This document shows positions 1 through 11,490 of a stretch of DNA of 64,000 nt, in pieces. Every line of letters begins with the position of its first letter. The stretch's first letter is position 1. The notes under the pieces are model-generated. The model worked only from the letters and a program-made list of their open reading frames with translations. It had not been told where the DNA came from and ran no database searches. The stretch lies in the NCBI GenBank assembly GCA_013265495.1, contig MU062724.1, positions 6,112,023 to 6,176,022 of the forward strand, given 5' to 3'. The stretch is from Vicugna vicugna (taxonomy: Eukaryota). The position numbers and the translations under genes are program-made.

Positions 1-979
1 AGTCGAGGCACCATAGGGAGTTGCATTCTACCCAGCCATCACCTTCAAGGAGCTAACCATGTAAGAAGTACACACATATGAAAATATGTGCACACAGATG
101 CATTAACATTCAAATATTAAACCAAAACACTTTTAGAACATGCAGATTTTTTTTCTATAAAGAACTGATTATAAGTATTTTCCAAAGGTAACAGAGGAGA
201 ATGAAAAGTCTTAAGAAAGAAAAAGGTTGAAGAAGTCAGTGTTTAGTCATTTGAGTAAAGAGGAGGTCTTTATTTCAAGCTCTAATATACTCAGCCTCTT
301 CAATCTTCCCTGTCACATCAGAAATTAATTGCATCAACTAGTTTGGAGAACAAAAAAGGAGAAAAAAAGCAAGACAATCTTCAGAAAACAGTAGGAATCT
401 AGAGTTAGAAAAGTATAGATTAGAGTTTTATGAAAAAAGATGTGGGGCAAAAAAAAAAGTATTGAAGAAAAACAGGATGGGATTTCTAGAGGTTTAATAT
501 GGTGGAGATATGGTGGGGATTGAGGATTTTGAAAATGAGAAACATTTCCAGAGTAACTTGTGAATAAGTGAACTAAGGGACAGGTGTGTCATTCTTGCCT
601 TTCTGACTTTTTTTTAAAACTAAATGTTCTTTCTCTTGGAGCCCTCTCTCCTTCACCTCTCTGGACCCAAGTTTGCTTGTTAGTTTATGTATGAAAATAA
701 ATTGAAAGTGGATGCATTTAGGTCTCTTCCAGCTCTGTCATTCTATGATTTCATAGTTCTAAGAATAAGATAAACATCAGGAAGTTCTGAGATGCATAAA
801 ATCAGCAAGACTTGCACATTTACTCACATATGTCAAATTCCAGAAAAGCTTCTCCCCATCTTCACCAGAATTTGATACTGTCCTTGAGTTTGAATAATTA
901 TTTTAGCTGTTCTATTAGGAATGTAATATCTCCTCATGCATTTGCATTTCAACATAGGGAGACTTTTTAAATTTCTGAA

Positions 980-1085
980 ACTGAGCCTCTGAAGATTCTG
1001 ATTCAGGAACTCTGAGATAGGGCCCCAAACTGTCTTTAACAAGTTCTCTTGGTGATTATGATGACTGGTCAAGTGTAGGAACAGG
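980..1085. mobile_element. MER5A-like hAT-Charlie DNA transposon fragment
   Basis: Contains gattctgattcagga...ctgagatagggcccc...ctgtctttaacaagttctcttggtgattatgatg, resembling the recalled MER5A consensus. Confidence 0.6.
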
Positions 1086-1162
1086 AGAAGCAGAGTCATC
1101 CAAGAATTTAGTCACTGCCAACGGTAAATGAGGGAGTTAAAAAGTGGGTGGGCCAATAATAT

Positions 1163-1916
1163 GAAAACAACCCAATTAAAAATGGGCAAAAGATTTGAAC
1201 AGCACTTCACCAAAGAAGATGTAAGGATGGAAAAGAGCATATGAAAAGATACTCAATATCATCAGTCACTAGAGAAATGCAGATTAAAACCACAATGAGA
1301 TACCACTATTTGAATGGCTCAGAAAAAAAAAATAGTCAATACCTGGTGCTTGTGAAAAGTGTGGAAAACTGGAGCACTCATACGTTGCTCGTAAGAGTGC
1401 AGAATGTTAGAGCTGCTTTGGGAAATAGTTTGATGGTTTCTTATAGAGTGGCACTTACCATATGACCCTGAAACTCTACTTCTAAGCATGTACCTAAGAT
1501 AAATTAAACTTTTGGTAGTATAAAATCTGTATATCAATGTTTGTACCAATTTTGTACCTAATTACCAAAAATGGGAAACAACCCAAATGTCCTTCAATAG
1601 GTGAATGGATAAATAAAGAGTGTTCCATCCATACCATAGAACGGCACTCAGATTTAAGAGCAACGTACTGCTAATACGCACAGCAAATCACAAACACACT
1701 GTGTGATAGAAGCCAGAGTTACAATGCCACATACTCTGTAATTCCATGTTATATGACTTTCTGGAAAAGGCAAAACTATAGGGATGAAGAGTAGATTAGC
1801 GTTTGCCAGGGGTTGGGGGCAATAGAAATGTTGACTGCAAAGGGGCTATACATTTATCAATCCCATAGAACTGTACACGAAAAAGAGAGTTCCACTGGAT
1901 GTAAATTTTTTGAAAA
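1163..1916 (+). mobile_element. Old L1 (L1MB/L1ME-like) ORF2 3' end plus 3' UTR, degenerate
   Basis: ORF 1241-1465 reads MKRYSISSVTREMQIKTTMRYH, the typical L1 ORF2p C-terminal motif. It is followed by typical L1M 3' UTR text (ggaaacaacccaaatgtccttcaataggtgaatggataaa; ggaaaaggcaaaactataggga). Confidence 0.9.
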
Positions 1917-2324
1917 GTGAACATATCCTCTCTATCTAGCTCCTTAACAACCAGAACACTCTTGTTTTTGCTCATGGATTAGAACTGATCCTTAAAGATA
2001 ATAGGGATTCAGGAATTAGTAATTGAATGAATGATTGAATAGATTTTAAAGATTAATGTGAATTTTTTTTTTAAGTTTTGAGTTCTAAGTAGTGATAAAA
2101 TGAAGCACAGTCCATTCCATCAGGGCTCACTAAGAGTGGCATAATGAATCAAAAACTAAAACACATACCAGTGTGCATTGTCTAACCCAGACTCCTGAAA
2201 AGACAGCTACTCTCGGTGAGTGAGCAAATGTACAGATTTCAGATGAAAGAAATGTTGTCACTCTTGGTATCCGTTTTCAGAGGCACTCGGGAGAGTGTTA
2301 CACAGCTATTGAATTGCAAACTCT

Positions 2325-2512
2325 ACCGCTTCCACACTATGTGGTCTCGGCCATGTTGCTTAGCTTGTGTGCCTCTCCCTGTTTTTAATCTGAAAGCTGG
2401 TAATGATACTACTTATTTCAGTGGGCTGTTGGAGGAATAATTGAACAAATGTGAATGGGAGCGTTAGGGTCTGGCACATAACAGGCAGTTGATAAAGGTC
2501 AGCTACTGTTAG
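2325..2512 (+). mobile_element. MIR SINE
   Basis: MIR core-like sequence: tgtggtctcggccatgttgcttagcttgtgtgcctc...aatctgaaagctggtaatgatactacttatttcagtgggctgttggagga...ctggcacataacaggc. Confidence 0.75.
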
Positions 2513-2649
2513 CCTTTTTCATGGTGTAGCAGGCATCCCATTCGTGTATTTCGTCCTATTCTCTTGACAGAGGAAGGTGGAAATGTGTCCTCCTCCTTAT
2601 AGTTTATTATGCAATCTCCATATTTATAAACTATCAACATATGCCATGA

Positions 2650-2830
2650 AAGTGTAATGGAAAGACCAGAAAGTAAAAATCAAGAATGCTGAGTTCTAAT
2701 ACTTGCTTTTTCACATATTTCCAACAGAGTATATGGAAAAGGAGCAACCTCTATAAATCTGAATTTCTTCACTGACAAAATGAAAGGATTGGGCTAGACA
2801 GTCTGCTGGGTCTTTTAAATTCTGGGATTC
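2650..2830 (+). mobile_element. MIR/MIR3 fragment
   Basis: ctgagttctaatacttgc...ctgaatttcttcactgacaaaatgaaaggattgggctaga resembles the MIR core and tail. Confidence 0.5.
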
Positions 2831-3513
2831 TCCAATATGCACCAACAACGGGTGAATACAGCAATCTGACCCCTCTCTATGGGAAGCGAAGTGCACGTGG
2901 TCAGATATATGGCGCTCCTACTCAGCACACAAAGCACATGCAAATTCCCCTCATCTGTTTCTTCTGAGCAAGGGTGACCTTTCCCAATCTGGTATGAATT
3001 ACAAAATCTTTGCTAGCCGCTACAAGTGAATAGATCATATTCTTGTAGCACCCATAAAAGTCATACTTGCTGTCAACTTGAGAAATTTTTGCTCCGTGCT
3101 CATGTTTCTCTTTCCCTGTCAGAGGAGAAAGGCAATTCTTCTTATGAGGAGGACAAGATGTACCATGAGGAAATATGAAAAATAACCCACTCCTGGCCCC
3201 AACAGTTCAGGAAGCTACACATTCGAAAACAAAAACGTGTTTATGTTTTTATGTAAATAGTCAAGCTGTGTGTTCTCATCTTGTCTGCTGTATGGGTACT
3301 GAAGGTAAGATTGGGCTATACCCTTCAGAAAGTAGCACCCTCCCCATTCCTACCAAAATGTAGTCTTTACTGCCTGAGAACTTTGTATTCATTTGGCTGT
3401 AACAGAAATGCCCATTCACTTCACTATCTGGGGAAAGTTAGCCTCTCAGAATATGTACCTAATTGAATTTAGCTTATTAGCTTCAGTCACTAGAGGTTCT
3501 TTGTGATGGAAAC

Positions 3514-3532
3514 TGTGTGTGTGTGTGTGTGT
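3514..3532. repeat. (TG)n microsatellite
   Basis: About 9-10 TG units read directly. Confidence 0.9.
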
Positions 3533-4359
3533 CTGTGTTTTCTAAATATATTTCATAAAAATTGATGATTTGGAAAAGACCCAAGGTGTTATTTCTCACA
3601 CAGATTGATTCTCTCAGGAACATGGCCACCATGACATGACAGGGCAGGTCTGGTCATGGAAGCTAGCCTTTAAAACAGTGAACATGACGTTGTGCTTTTC
3701 AGCTGTCTCAATATGATTATGCATATAAGCTGAGAGAGAAAAATGGTGCAACTTGATTGAAGCACAGGCATGAAACTCATATCTTAATAGATGTGCTCTT
3801 TAAGTTTCAAGTGGAATTAAGTGAATCAACTTGTACCAAAGTTTGCACAGCTGTCACTATGTTTTAAAGGTGGCAGTGGCTTGACAGTTCCCAAGAAACA
3901 GGCAAAAATAAAGTGTGAGGGGTTTTTTTGGATGGGGTTTTGAAATGTTGATATTTATTTTTTAATGTGTTTCATAGGCCAAGTAACTATCAGATCTAAT
4001 GAGTGTCTCCTTTGTCTCTTTTCGCCTTTGTAAGAGCTGGGCTTGCCCTGTTCCCCTATGTAGATATCTAGGCAATGGATACTGGAAATTTAAGGAAGAT
4101 GCCAGGCAGTAAGTCAAAGCTATTCATCCAAGTTATCACTGTAATTCTATTTCTGCTTTAGCCTTCCACTTTAAAATAATGAAACACATTTCTCCTCACA
4201 GTCTGTGAAGCTTTTTTTTTCTATTTAGATGTTATTGAAAAACAATTAACCGATCAACTCATCAATACATTGCAACGCACACTGCGTGAAAGTCATTCTT
4301 CTGAGAGGAAGGATTTATCTTCTTTCAGGAATTTAACCTAAGGCACAAACTACCAATGG

Positions 4360-4600
4360 ACACGAGGCCTACCCCAGGTGACCCCGCTCTGATGAAGCCT
4401 TCCCAGGTCCTCCGGGAGGAGTTAATGTCCCGCTCTGCCTACTGTCACAGCACTTTGTATTGCACGCTTTTCATCTGTTATCACCAACTATTATGCTATT
4501 GTTAAAAGCCCCGGTTCTAGAATTCAAACTCCCTGACTTAGTAACACGTTAGTCCCCTCATTTCTAAATAGAAATAATAAAAGGACTTGCCTCATACAGT
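4360..4600 (+). mobile_element. L2 fragment followed by MIR fragment
   Basis: gatgaagccttcccaggtcc...cacagcactttgtattgcac (L2-like), then cctcatttctaaatagaaataataaaaggacttgcctcatacagttg (MIR-like). Confidence 0.5.
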
Positions 4601-4984
4601 TGAGATGCTAGTGGGGCAGCACCACAATCCTAAAGGATGGTTTTGGGTGAGTACATCCTGCAGAAAATTGTGGTATGAAGGTTAGCTATTAAACTGTTCC
4701 TAGCAAAAAACTACAAAAAATGACCAAAAATGGTTATGATAAAAATACAGATAGAAAAAATTACGTCAGAGTAAAAATTACATACTGACTGAGGTGGGGG
4801 GTGTTTGGGATAGGGGGCTGAGGGGAAGGTTGTCTGCCAGACAGGTTAATAATGGTGCCCAGTAATAGAAATAGGAAAATTTCTTTTAGGAAGAAAGAAA
4901 GTGTATACGTAAAAGTGTATCAAGAAACATCAATTTGTCCTGTTTTATTTTCTTCCTTATACATATTACTACCAGCATTATCTT

Positions 4985-5128
4985 TAACTTGTTTGTTTTG
5001 TTTTGTTTCCTCTGTTCCAACTGGAATGTAAAAACTCTATTATAGCAGCAATATTACTTGTATTCTCTCTATCTCTATTTAGCAGTTGCTTTATAAATAG
5101 CTATTGAATAACTGTGTGGAAGAATGAA
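4985..5128 (+). mobile_element. L2 3' end
   Basis: ctggaatgtaaaaactc...ttgtattctc...gcagttgctttataaatagctattgaataa...gaatgaa resembles the L2 terminus. Confidence 0.55.
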
Positions 5129-5429
5129 ACATCCAAATGAATTCAGGAGGCAGGTGTAGATTTTATAGAGTGTCAGAAGAAGAACTATAGCTAATCAAAT
5201 AGAAAAAGAAAAACAGATTCTAGTGTAGCAGTGAGAACCTGGAGAATTCAATTAATGTAAGTGTATAGAGGATCAAGAAAATAGGGTTTAGTGGGGTTTT
5301 TTTTTTCCCTTTTTTTGATAAAATTCTCTAGCTCAAGAGCAAAATGCAAATAAAAAAGAGTTCATCTGACTGTTGAGATGACAAGCATATAATGAGAGTG
5401 AAGGGAGTTAGAGAAACTTGGTCTTAACG

Positions 5430-5620
5430 CATTTATTCCTCAAGTGTGATCCCTGGAGCAGCAGCAACAAAATCACCTGGGAAACGATGGGACCCCATTG
5501 TTTTGGGGGTGCCTTATCCTAGATCAGCTGAATCAGAAACGCTGGGATGGGATCAGCAATCTGTGTTTTAACAAGTCCTGCAGGTGCTTCTGATACAAGC
5601 CGAAATTAAGAACCAATGCC
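5430..5620. mobile_element. MER5A hAT-Charlie DNA transposon, near full length
   Basis: caagtgtgatccctggagcagcagcaacaaaatcacctgggaa...ctgaatcagaaacgctggga...caatctgtgttttaacaagtcctgcaggtgcttctgat...aagaaccaatg matches the recalled MER5A consensus. Confidence 0.85.
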
Positions 5621-5949
5621 CTACGTTGTTGAAATCACTGAAACGTGAGCCTTGGCTGAGAGAGGAATTTAGACACCAGGACAATGGAGGTCTGCTGGAC
5701 AGCTGCCTTATTGGCGAAGCCCTGGTGAGGGGGCATCCTAATGTGGTCGCAGTGACTGTAAAGTCTCAGGATTGTGGTTGTGCTGCTGGATGGTTGTGGG
5801 ATGAGAGAGCCCGCAGACATTCTCTGGGTTCAGGGACCCTTTCTACTCTGGCCCAATAATCACAAAAGATGATGTAGTTAAGTTTGTTCAAAGAGCCAAT
5901 AACTTTGCAGATAAAATCAGAAAGGTACTGTCAGCAGCCTTAAGTGAGC

Positions 5950-6117
5950 AGGCCGTGGGGCCCCGGCCGAACGAAGTTCATAATAGCTTGCACCTGGTAA
6001 GAGGTAAATGTACGCATGCGCTGGTAGCGTGAGTCAGCATTATGAACACCACGCATGCGCCACGAGCATTATAAAAGGACAAATGCGTACACCTGAGCTC
6101 CGCCCGCTTGTGCTGCG
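5950..6117 (+). promoter_or_regulatory. Compact CpG-retaining RNA Pol II promoter (TATA + 2x NRF1-like + ARE/AP-1)
   Basis: Densest CpG cluster noticed in the window. Motifs: acgcatgcgc at 6012-6021 and 6051-6060 (NRF1-like), gtgagtcagca at 6029-6039 (AP-1/ARE), tataaaag at 6070-6077, ccgccc at 6100-6105. Confidence 0.7.
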
Positions 6118-6215
6118 ATGAAGTGCTGTTTTGCTCCATGTCGGCTCCCTGCGCCTTCTTCCAGTTGGGGCAGCTCACTTCCTCGGATCCTCTCAAGCCT
6201 CCCTCGGCTGACAGG
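6098..6215 (+). other. Candidate first exon of an unidentified + strand transcript
   Basis: Starts about 28 nt after the TATA box and ends at CAG|gtaggg (GT at 6216-6217). An ATG at 6118 opens MKCCFCSMSAPCAFFQLGQLTSSDPLKPPSAD, which stays open to the donor (phase 2). ETS-like acttcct at 6178-6184. Confidence 0.5.
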
Positions 6216-9200
6216 TAGGGAAATCTTAGGCTCAGTATGTTTTCTCTAATACTTTGAAAGTATGAAACCTTCTCTCAGTTCTCAATCATAATAACCTGAG
6301 GAGTATTTTAGCTCAATTCAGTAAGCATGTATTGGTAACAAATGTTTCTGCATGTTCCTTTGTAAGTGTATAAAGGTGTCATTGGGGGGTAGAATGCCAT
6401 TTTGGGGGCACCAGAATTGCCCAGTATGCTTGCATTCTCCGAGGAATTTACTTTGTGCTTGGTATGTTATAGTCCATTTTAGATAGTACGCTGGTCATTA
6501 ATATTTTCTGTTTTGTAGTTTTTGTTTTGGTATGAATAACCTCTTAGAAATTAACCTCCTCAGGATAAAATATGGGTTTATATTCTAGTAATTTTGTTTT
6601 GTAACTGCTCTTTTGTAAAAAAACAAAAACAAAAAACACATGGCTCTCCCCTTTGTACATGACGTATCTGAAAGTGGCATTTCTAATCAGTATGACTGTA
6701 ATGAAAGTACGGGTCACTTGCAGAATGCATTATGGAGCCACTCCTTGGCTGACAACTTCAAGTTGCCAGCGAGGTCTTCTTTGGTTAGTGTTATTTCCCA
6801 TTGGCTTTCATGTCAGTCACCAGGATGTCTATCCAGTTTGACCATTTAAACTAAAACCTAACTTCCTGAAGAAATAATAAAATGAGCTAAACATCTCCAA
6901 AGTAAATTCTATCCATCTCTATATAAAACTGGGACATCGTTTGCTTGGAAAAGAGACTAGAATCTTAGCCCATACGATACGGATGGCTACGCCTTCTTTC
7001 TCATGCCAGTACAATCAGGAACTAAGTGTATTTCAATACTTGCAGCAAATGATAATCTGGTTCTTAAAATCACTTACTTACTAGCATGTTGTGACATTAT
7101 CTGAGATCTTTGTACTGTTGCCTAGCCTACTAGACAAACCTCTTCCATTCATAGCTGCGATGTGAGGCTAAAAGCATTCATACACATTTTTTTTTTCTTG
7201 CACAGCTGCCTGATAGCATGGACCAAAATGGAATTTACATTCCATTGATCATATGTGAGCATATTCTGTTTTGTTAAAAGATTGAGTGTATCTCAAAATA
7301 CATATTATGTGAAACCCTTGTCAGAGAGAAGCAATGTGTTATTGTAAAAATGGAAACCAACCCTAGAGGAAGAAGGAGGTAAAGGTATTTACTTGGTAGC
7401 CACTTGAACTCCTCTAGAGAGGCAGGACTCGATGGGCACACAAGTGAAGGAGTAAAATACTTCCTTTCGTGGGATGTGAGAATTATCTCCTAAATCTGCA
7501 TCCCAGTTTCAAACTGTCTTTTCCACAGCCTTCCATTGGGTCTAGAATTTCATTCTGAGGGATCCATTCACTGGATCGAGGCATTGTGCATCAAGTTGTC
7601 TCATGATAAAATGTGAATGATCCTGGAAGAAGCAATATCTTCCCTTTACACTCAGTCATTGCCCCCTACCCCAGCCACTCATGTCCCAGGTGAGTTAGCT
7701 TATTTTACCTTGAGAGAGGTGAGTGTTCTTGTAGAATGGACCAAAGAGCAAGCCTGCCATGTTCTATAGTACATGTGCTCTTGGTAAGCACATGGCTTAA
7801 TCAGGATCTTCACTCCAGACAGAAAGTAGAAATCACCTTATTACAAAGAGACAGTATGTGAGCTTAAACCAATGACTTCATGCCAGGGCACTGGGTTACG
7901 AAGTCACTTCAAGGCAATAAAGTGAAGAATTACTCCAAATACCAAGACATGGGGAATTATGTGAAAAGTAGTCAGAGGCCAACATACAACACTGACATGG
8001 GGCTTGGGGAGGAGATAATGATATATTTGCTGAGTCAACTTATAATGTGTAACTGAATATGGGCAAGGGTAAACACTCAAATCAGAAGCTATAGGAAGTT
8101 CTAGTTCAAGTCTGACACTGGGAGTGAAAGTCAGATTGTTGACAGAAAGGCCTGGAGCAAGGGTAAATTCGCAGTTGATGCGGACATGATCCTTCTGGTG
8201 GAGGGTGCTACCTTTTTGCACCACTTCAGTGCCTGGCCTCCACAGATCTTCAGCTGTGGTTGTCTAGACAGAGCAAAATAAAATGATGAGATTTAGTTAT
8301 TTATTATTTTTCAACATGACTGAGTGAGCAAATATTTTATAAAGTTATCTACAGCCTGCAAAAAACCCCAGAAAGTCCAACTAAGGAATGTACCTAGAAC
8401 ATCACACCCTTAAATTCATTTAGACCTGTAATGTTCCTTTGAGCATGGAACAACAGCAAAATGCACCTCTTAAACTGCTCACCTTCTAAAACAAAGCAAA
8501 AAATAATAATAAAATGCATGTGTTTCAAATTCACATAATTAACTTTTCCAATGCAAACACAGAAGAGATTATGCTATACATTCTTAATTGAAAAGTATTT
8601 CATTGTAACATTTTTTTACATTATGTTTTAAAGAGCTCAATTTACAGTCTGTTTTTTCATTATATTGTTTTCCTGCTCATGCTGGGAAAACAAAGCAAGA
8701 TGGTCCAGGATTGGCCTTCTTTTCTTAAAAGTATGAACTATCTGGTGAACTTTCATTATATTCCTATAAAAATAGTAACCAAAATATACACTTCTGATCT
8801 GACATTCACAAGTCCTAATGTAATAAGAAGAATCTAGTTTCATGCTCCTTGTGTTCTAAGAGTGTAAATCACTTTATGCAAATTTACATTTTTATGAAGT
8901 CGAAATTCTGAATATTTTTAGCCTTGAAATGGCTTTAAAATGCAATAATCTTTTGGCACCAGGGCTTAACAAGGACAAATATTCGTGCAGTGAAACGAAA
9001 GGTCATCTGATTGAGAATATTTAAATATGTTCTTCATCCTTATGCAAAAGTTGGTAGTATATTTTTTGTTCTATCATGTACAAAGTGAAACTTCGGAAGC
9101 TTTGCTAATTTTTATTCTATTTTATTCTGTTAAATATCATTGCAACATTCTATAGGGCTGCTAACTTTTTATAAGTAGATTATGTATCACTAGAGGTTCT

Positions 9201-9515
9201 TTATAGGAAGCTATACTCCAATTAGGACTAACACCAAATCATAAGTATCAAATTAAAATACTTAAAAGAGCTCCTTGGAGCAGGAATTCTTAAACTTATA
9301 TCTTAGACCATTTTGTTACTGTGATATGTATAAAACAACTAATGTATAGTTTATTAGCATGAATGTTTAATAGAGTAAAACAAAAATGACAACAGTTGAT
9401 ATTTTCTAGTACTTTTCCTCTCATCAGTGAAGTCCTGATTTACTCTATGAATTTTAACATGGGCTTAAAAAAGTCAAATAATATTGTTGTGGGCCCTTTT
9501 TCTTTTTCCAGTGTG

Positions 9516-9542
9516 ACACACACACACACACACACACACACA
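9516..9542. repeat. (AC)13 microsatellite
   Basis: Read directly. Confidence 0.95.
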
Positions 9543-10022
9543 AATTACAAAAAGGAAAAAAATCCTAAAAAGCTATTCAAGGAAAAAAAAGCTATTTATT
9601 TACTTAATTTACATAAAGTAAATAAATTTGAGAGTTTGTGCCACTGACAATGTTGTTTGTTTCATTTATAATAGTTCTTGATTGTGAATCTTTGTGCCTT
9701 TAGAGTGAAAGGTGCGTACGAGAATGCCAAGTATTAGAGACTTGTGAAGGAGAACGTGTGTTTCTGTATTGTGAAAGCTTCATTGGTTGTTTTTGCCTTT
9801 TTTTTCCCCTAAGTCAATAGGAGGCTAGCATTTATTGTGATACTAATATTCAATTGCTTTTTATAGGAATGCAGTGAGAAAGTTCTATTTTGTGAGGCCA
9901 GATGTTGTTACACTGTCACTCAAAGAAGTAGATTTTTGCAACTTTGCAATTAGTGCCTAGAATGAGCATTTACTAGCTGCTTTGCTTTTCTAGCAAGAAT
10001 CAAGAGGGCGAGAAGTTAAAAT

Positions 10023-10170
10023 NNNNNNNNNNNNNNNNNNNNNNNNNNNNNNNNNNNNNNNNNNNNNNNNNNNNNNNNNNNNNNNNNNNNNNNNNNNNNN
10101 NNNNNNNNNNNNNNNNNNNNNNNNNNNNNNNNNNNNNNNNNNNNNNNNNNNNNNNNNNNNNNNNNNNNNN
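10023..10170. other. Assembly gap (148 N)
   Basis: Run of N. Confidence 1.
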
Positions 10171-10479
10171 TTGTTTAATTTTTTTTTAGTTACTCTATTT
10201 TATGCAGAAGCTCAGAACAAGTTCTAATTAACCTAGCTACTCACTGTACATTTTCTGTCGTAAGAGGTACAAAATAAAAGTTGAGCCAGCAAATAGACAG
10301 AAAGCAGAAAATACACAATGATCTGGGAGATGGTAGAATTAGATGAAAAATCCTTTTGTAGCCACAGTTCAGTCTAAAGAGTTTTACTAGCTCAGTAGCC
10401 TACACATATCAGCACTATCTTTTAGCGTATCACAGGGGAAAAAAATGAAACAAAAAATCCACATGAAGTATGAGCTCTT

Positions 10480-10745
10480 CATCCTTGGCATTCAAGACCC
10501 TACACAAAATGCTCCCAATATGGCTCTGTCATCTTCCAAAAATCCGCTGTGTGTGCTCCAGGGTCTGTGGGAACTAGACACTTCTGAGCATGCTTTGGGT
10601 CTCCCCAACATGTGTAAATTCCCATCGTCCTTTAGGGTCCATGTCAAATGTCTCTTGATTTCTGACATATTCCTTGAACTGCTTGTGACCGTTTTCTCCT
10701 GTGAATCACCACGGTCCTCTGATTGTACCTGCCTCGTTCCTTGAT
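10480..10745 (+). mobile_element. L2 fragment
   Basis: cccatcgtcctttagggtccatgtcaaatgtctc resembles the L2 3' region. Confidence 0.5.
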
Positions 10746-10749
10746 AGCC

Positions 10750-11490
10750 TACGTGCCAAACAAACACTTTTGTAGGTGCTGGTGATACACCAGTGAGCAA
10801 AACAAATAAAAAGATTTGCTCTCTTGGATATTACTCCTAAGATGGTGATCCAGACAATAAATGTAGTGCATAATAAGATGAATTTCAGAAAAGGATAATG
10901 ACTGTGGAGAAAACGAAGCAGAATAAAGGGATTGGAGATTTTGGCAGTGGGGGAATTACAATCTAAAGTCCTATTTCAAGTAATCCCTCAATGAAAAGGT
11001 AAGAATTTGAAACATTATGGATATTTGGAGAGGTGTGCTGGGGTAGAAGGGTTAGCCAGAGAGTCCTGAGGTGGGAGTTTAGCTGGGGTAGAGAAATCCA
11101 GGAAAAGACAAGATTGGAGTCAGGGAGTCATCCTGGTCAGGTGTTAAGGACTTTGTTGATAAATACAAGGACTGCTTTTACTCTAGTAAGGTGAAAGCCA
11201 CTGAGGAATTTTGAAGAGAGGAGCACCGAGACCTGAGTTAGGCTTCTAAAGTGTCACTCTGAGTACTGTGTTGAGAATAGACTGCAGTGGGGACAGGTGA
11301 AAATGGCAGTCTGGTTGGAGTTGACTGTAATAAGCAGGGAATTGACAATGGTGACTTGAGTAGTAGCATCAGAGGTGATAAAAAAAAGTCACTTTCTGGA
11401 CGTAAATTGAATATAAGGCTATATATTCTTCTGAACAGATTGGATGTGTGCTGGAAGTGATAATGAGGAGTCAAAGTACACCCCAAGGGC
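10750..11490 (-). mobile_element. L2 (L2a-like), antisense
   Basis: Typical antisense L2 text: gtaggtgctggtgatacaccagtgagcaaaaca...aaagccactgaggaattttgaagagaggag...actctgagtactgtgttgagaatagactg...gattggatgtg...gaggagtcaaagtacaccccaagg. Confidence 0.85.

Noticed and set aside
823-1099. - strand exon ending at TAT|gtgagt near 829 and the 88-aa ORF 833-1099
   Set aside because: From the nearby acceptors every frame meets a stop before the donor, and the ORF's 5' half lies in a MER5A-like element.
1241-1465. 74-aa ORF with real protein similarity
   Set aside because: It is a degenerate L1 ORF2p C-terminal remnant, not a host gene.
3487-9202. 16-mer tcactagaggttcttt at 3487 and 9187 (also tgatgccttatgggct at 55198 and 60681)
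   Set aside because: The flanks do not extend the match, and about one such 16-mer pair is expected by chance in 64 kb of AT-rich DNA.
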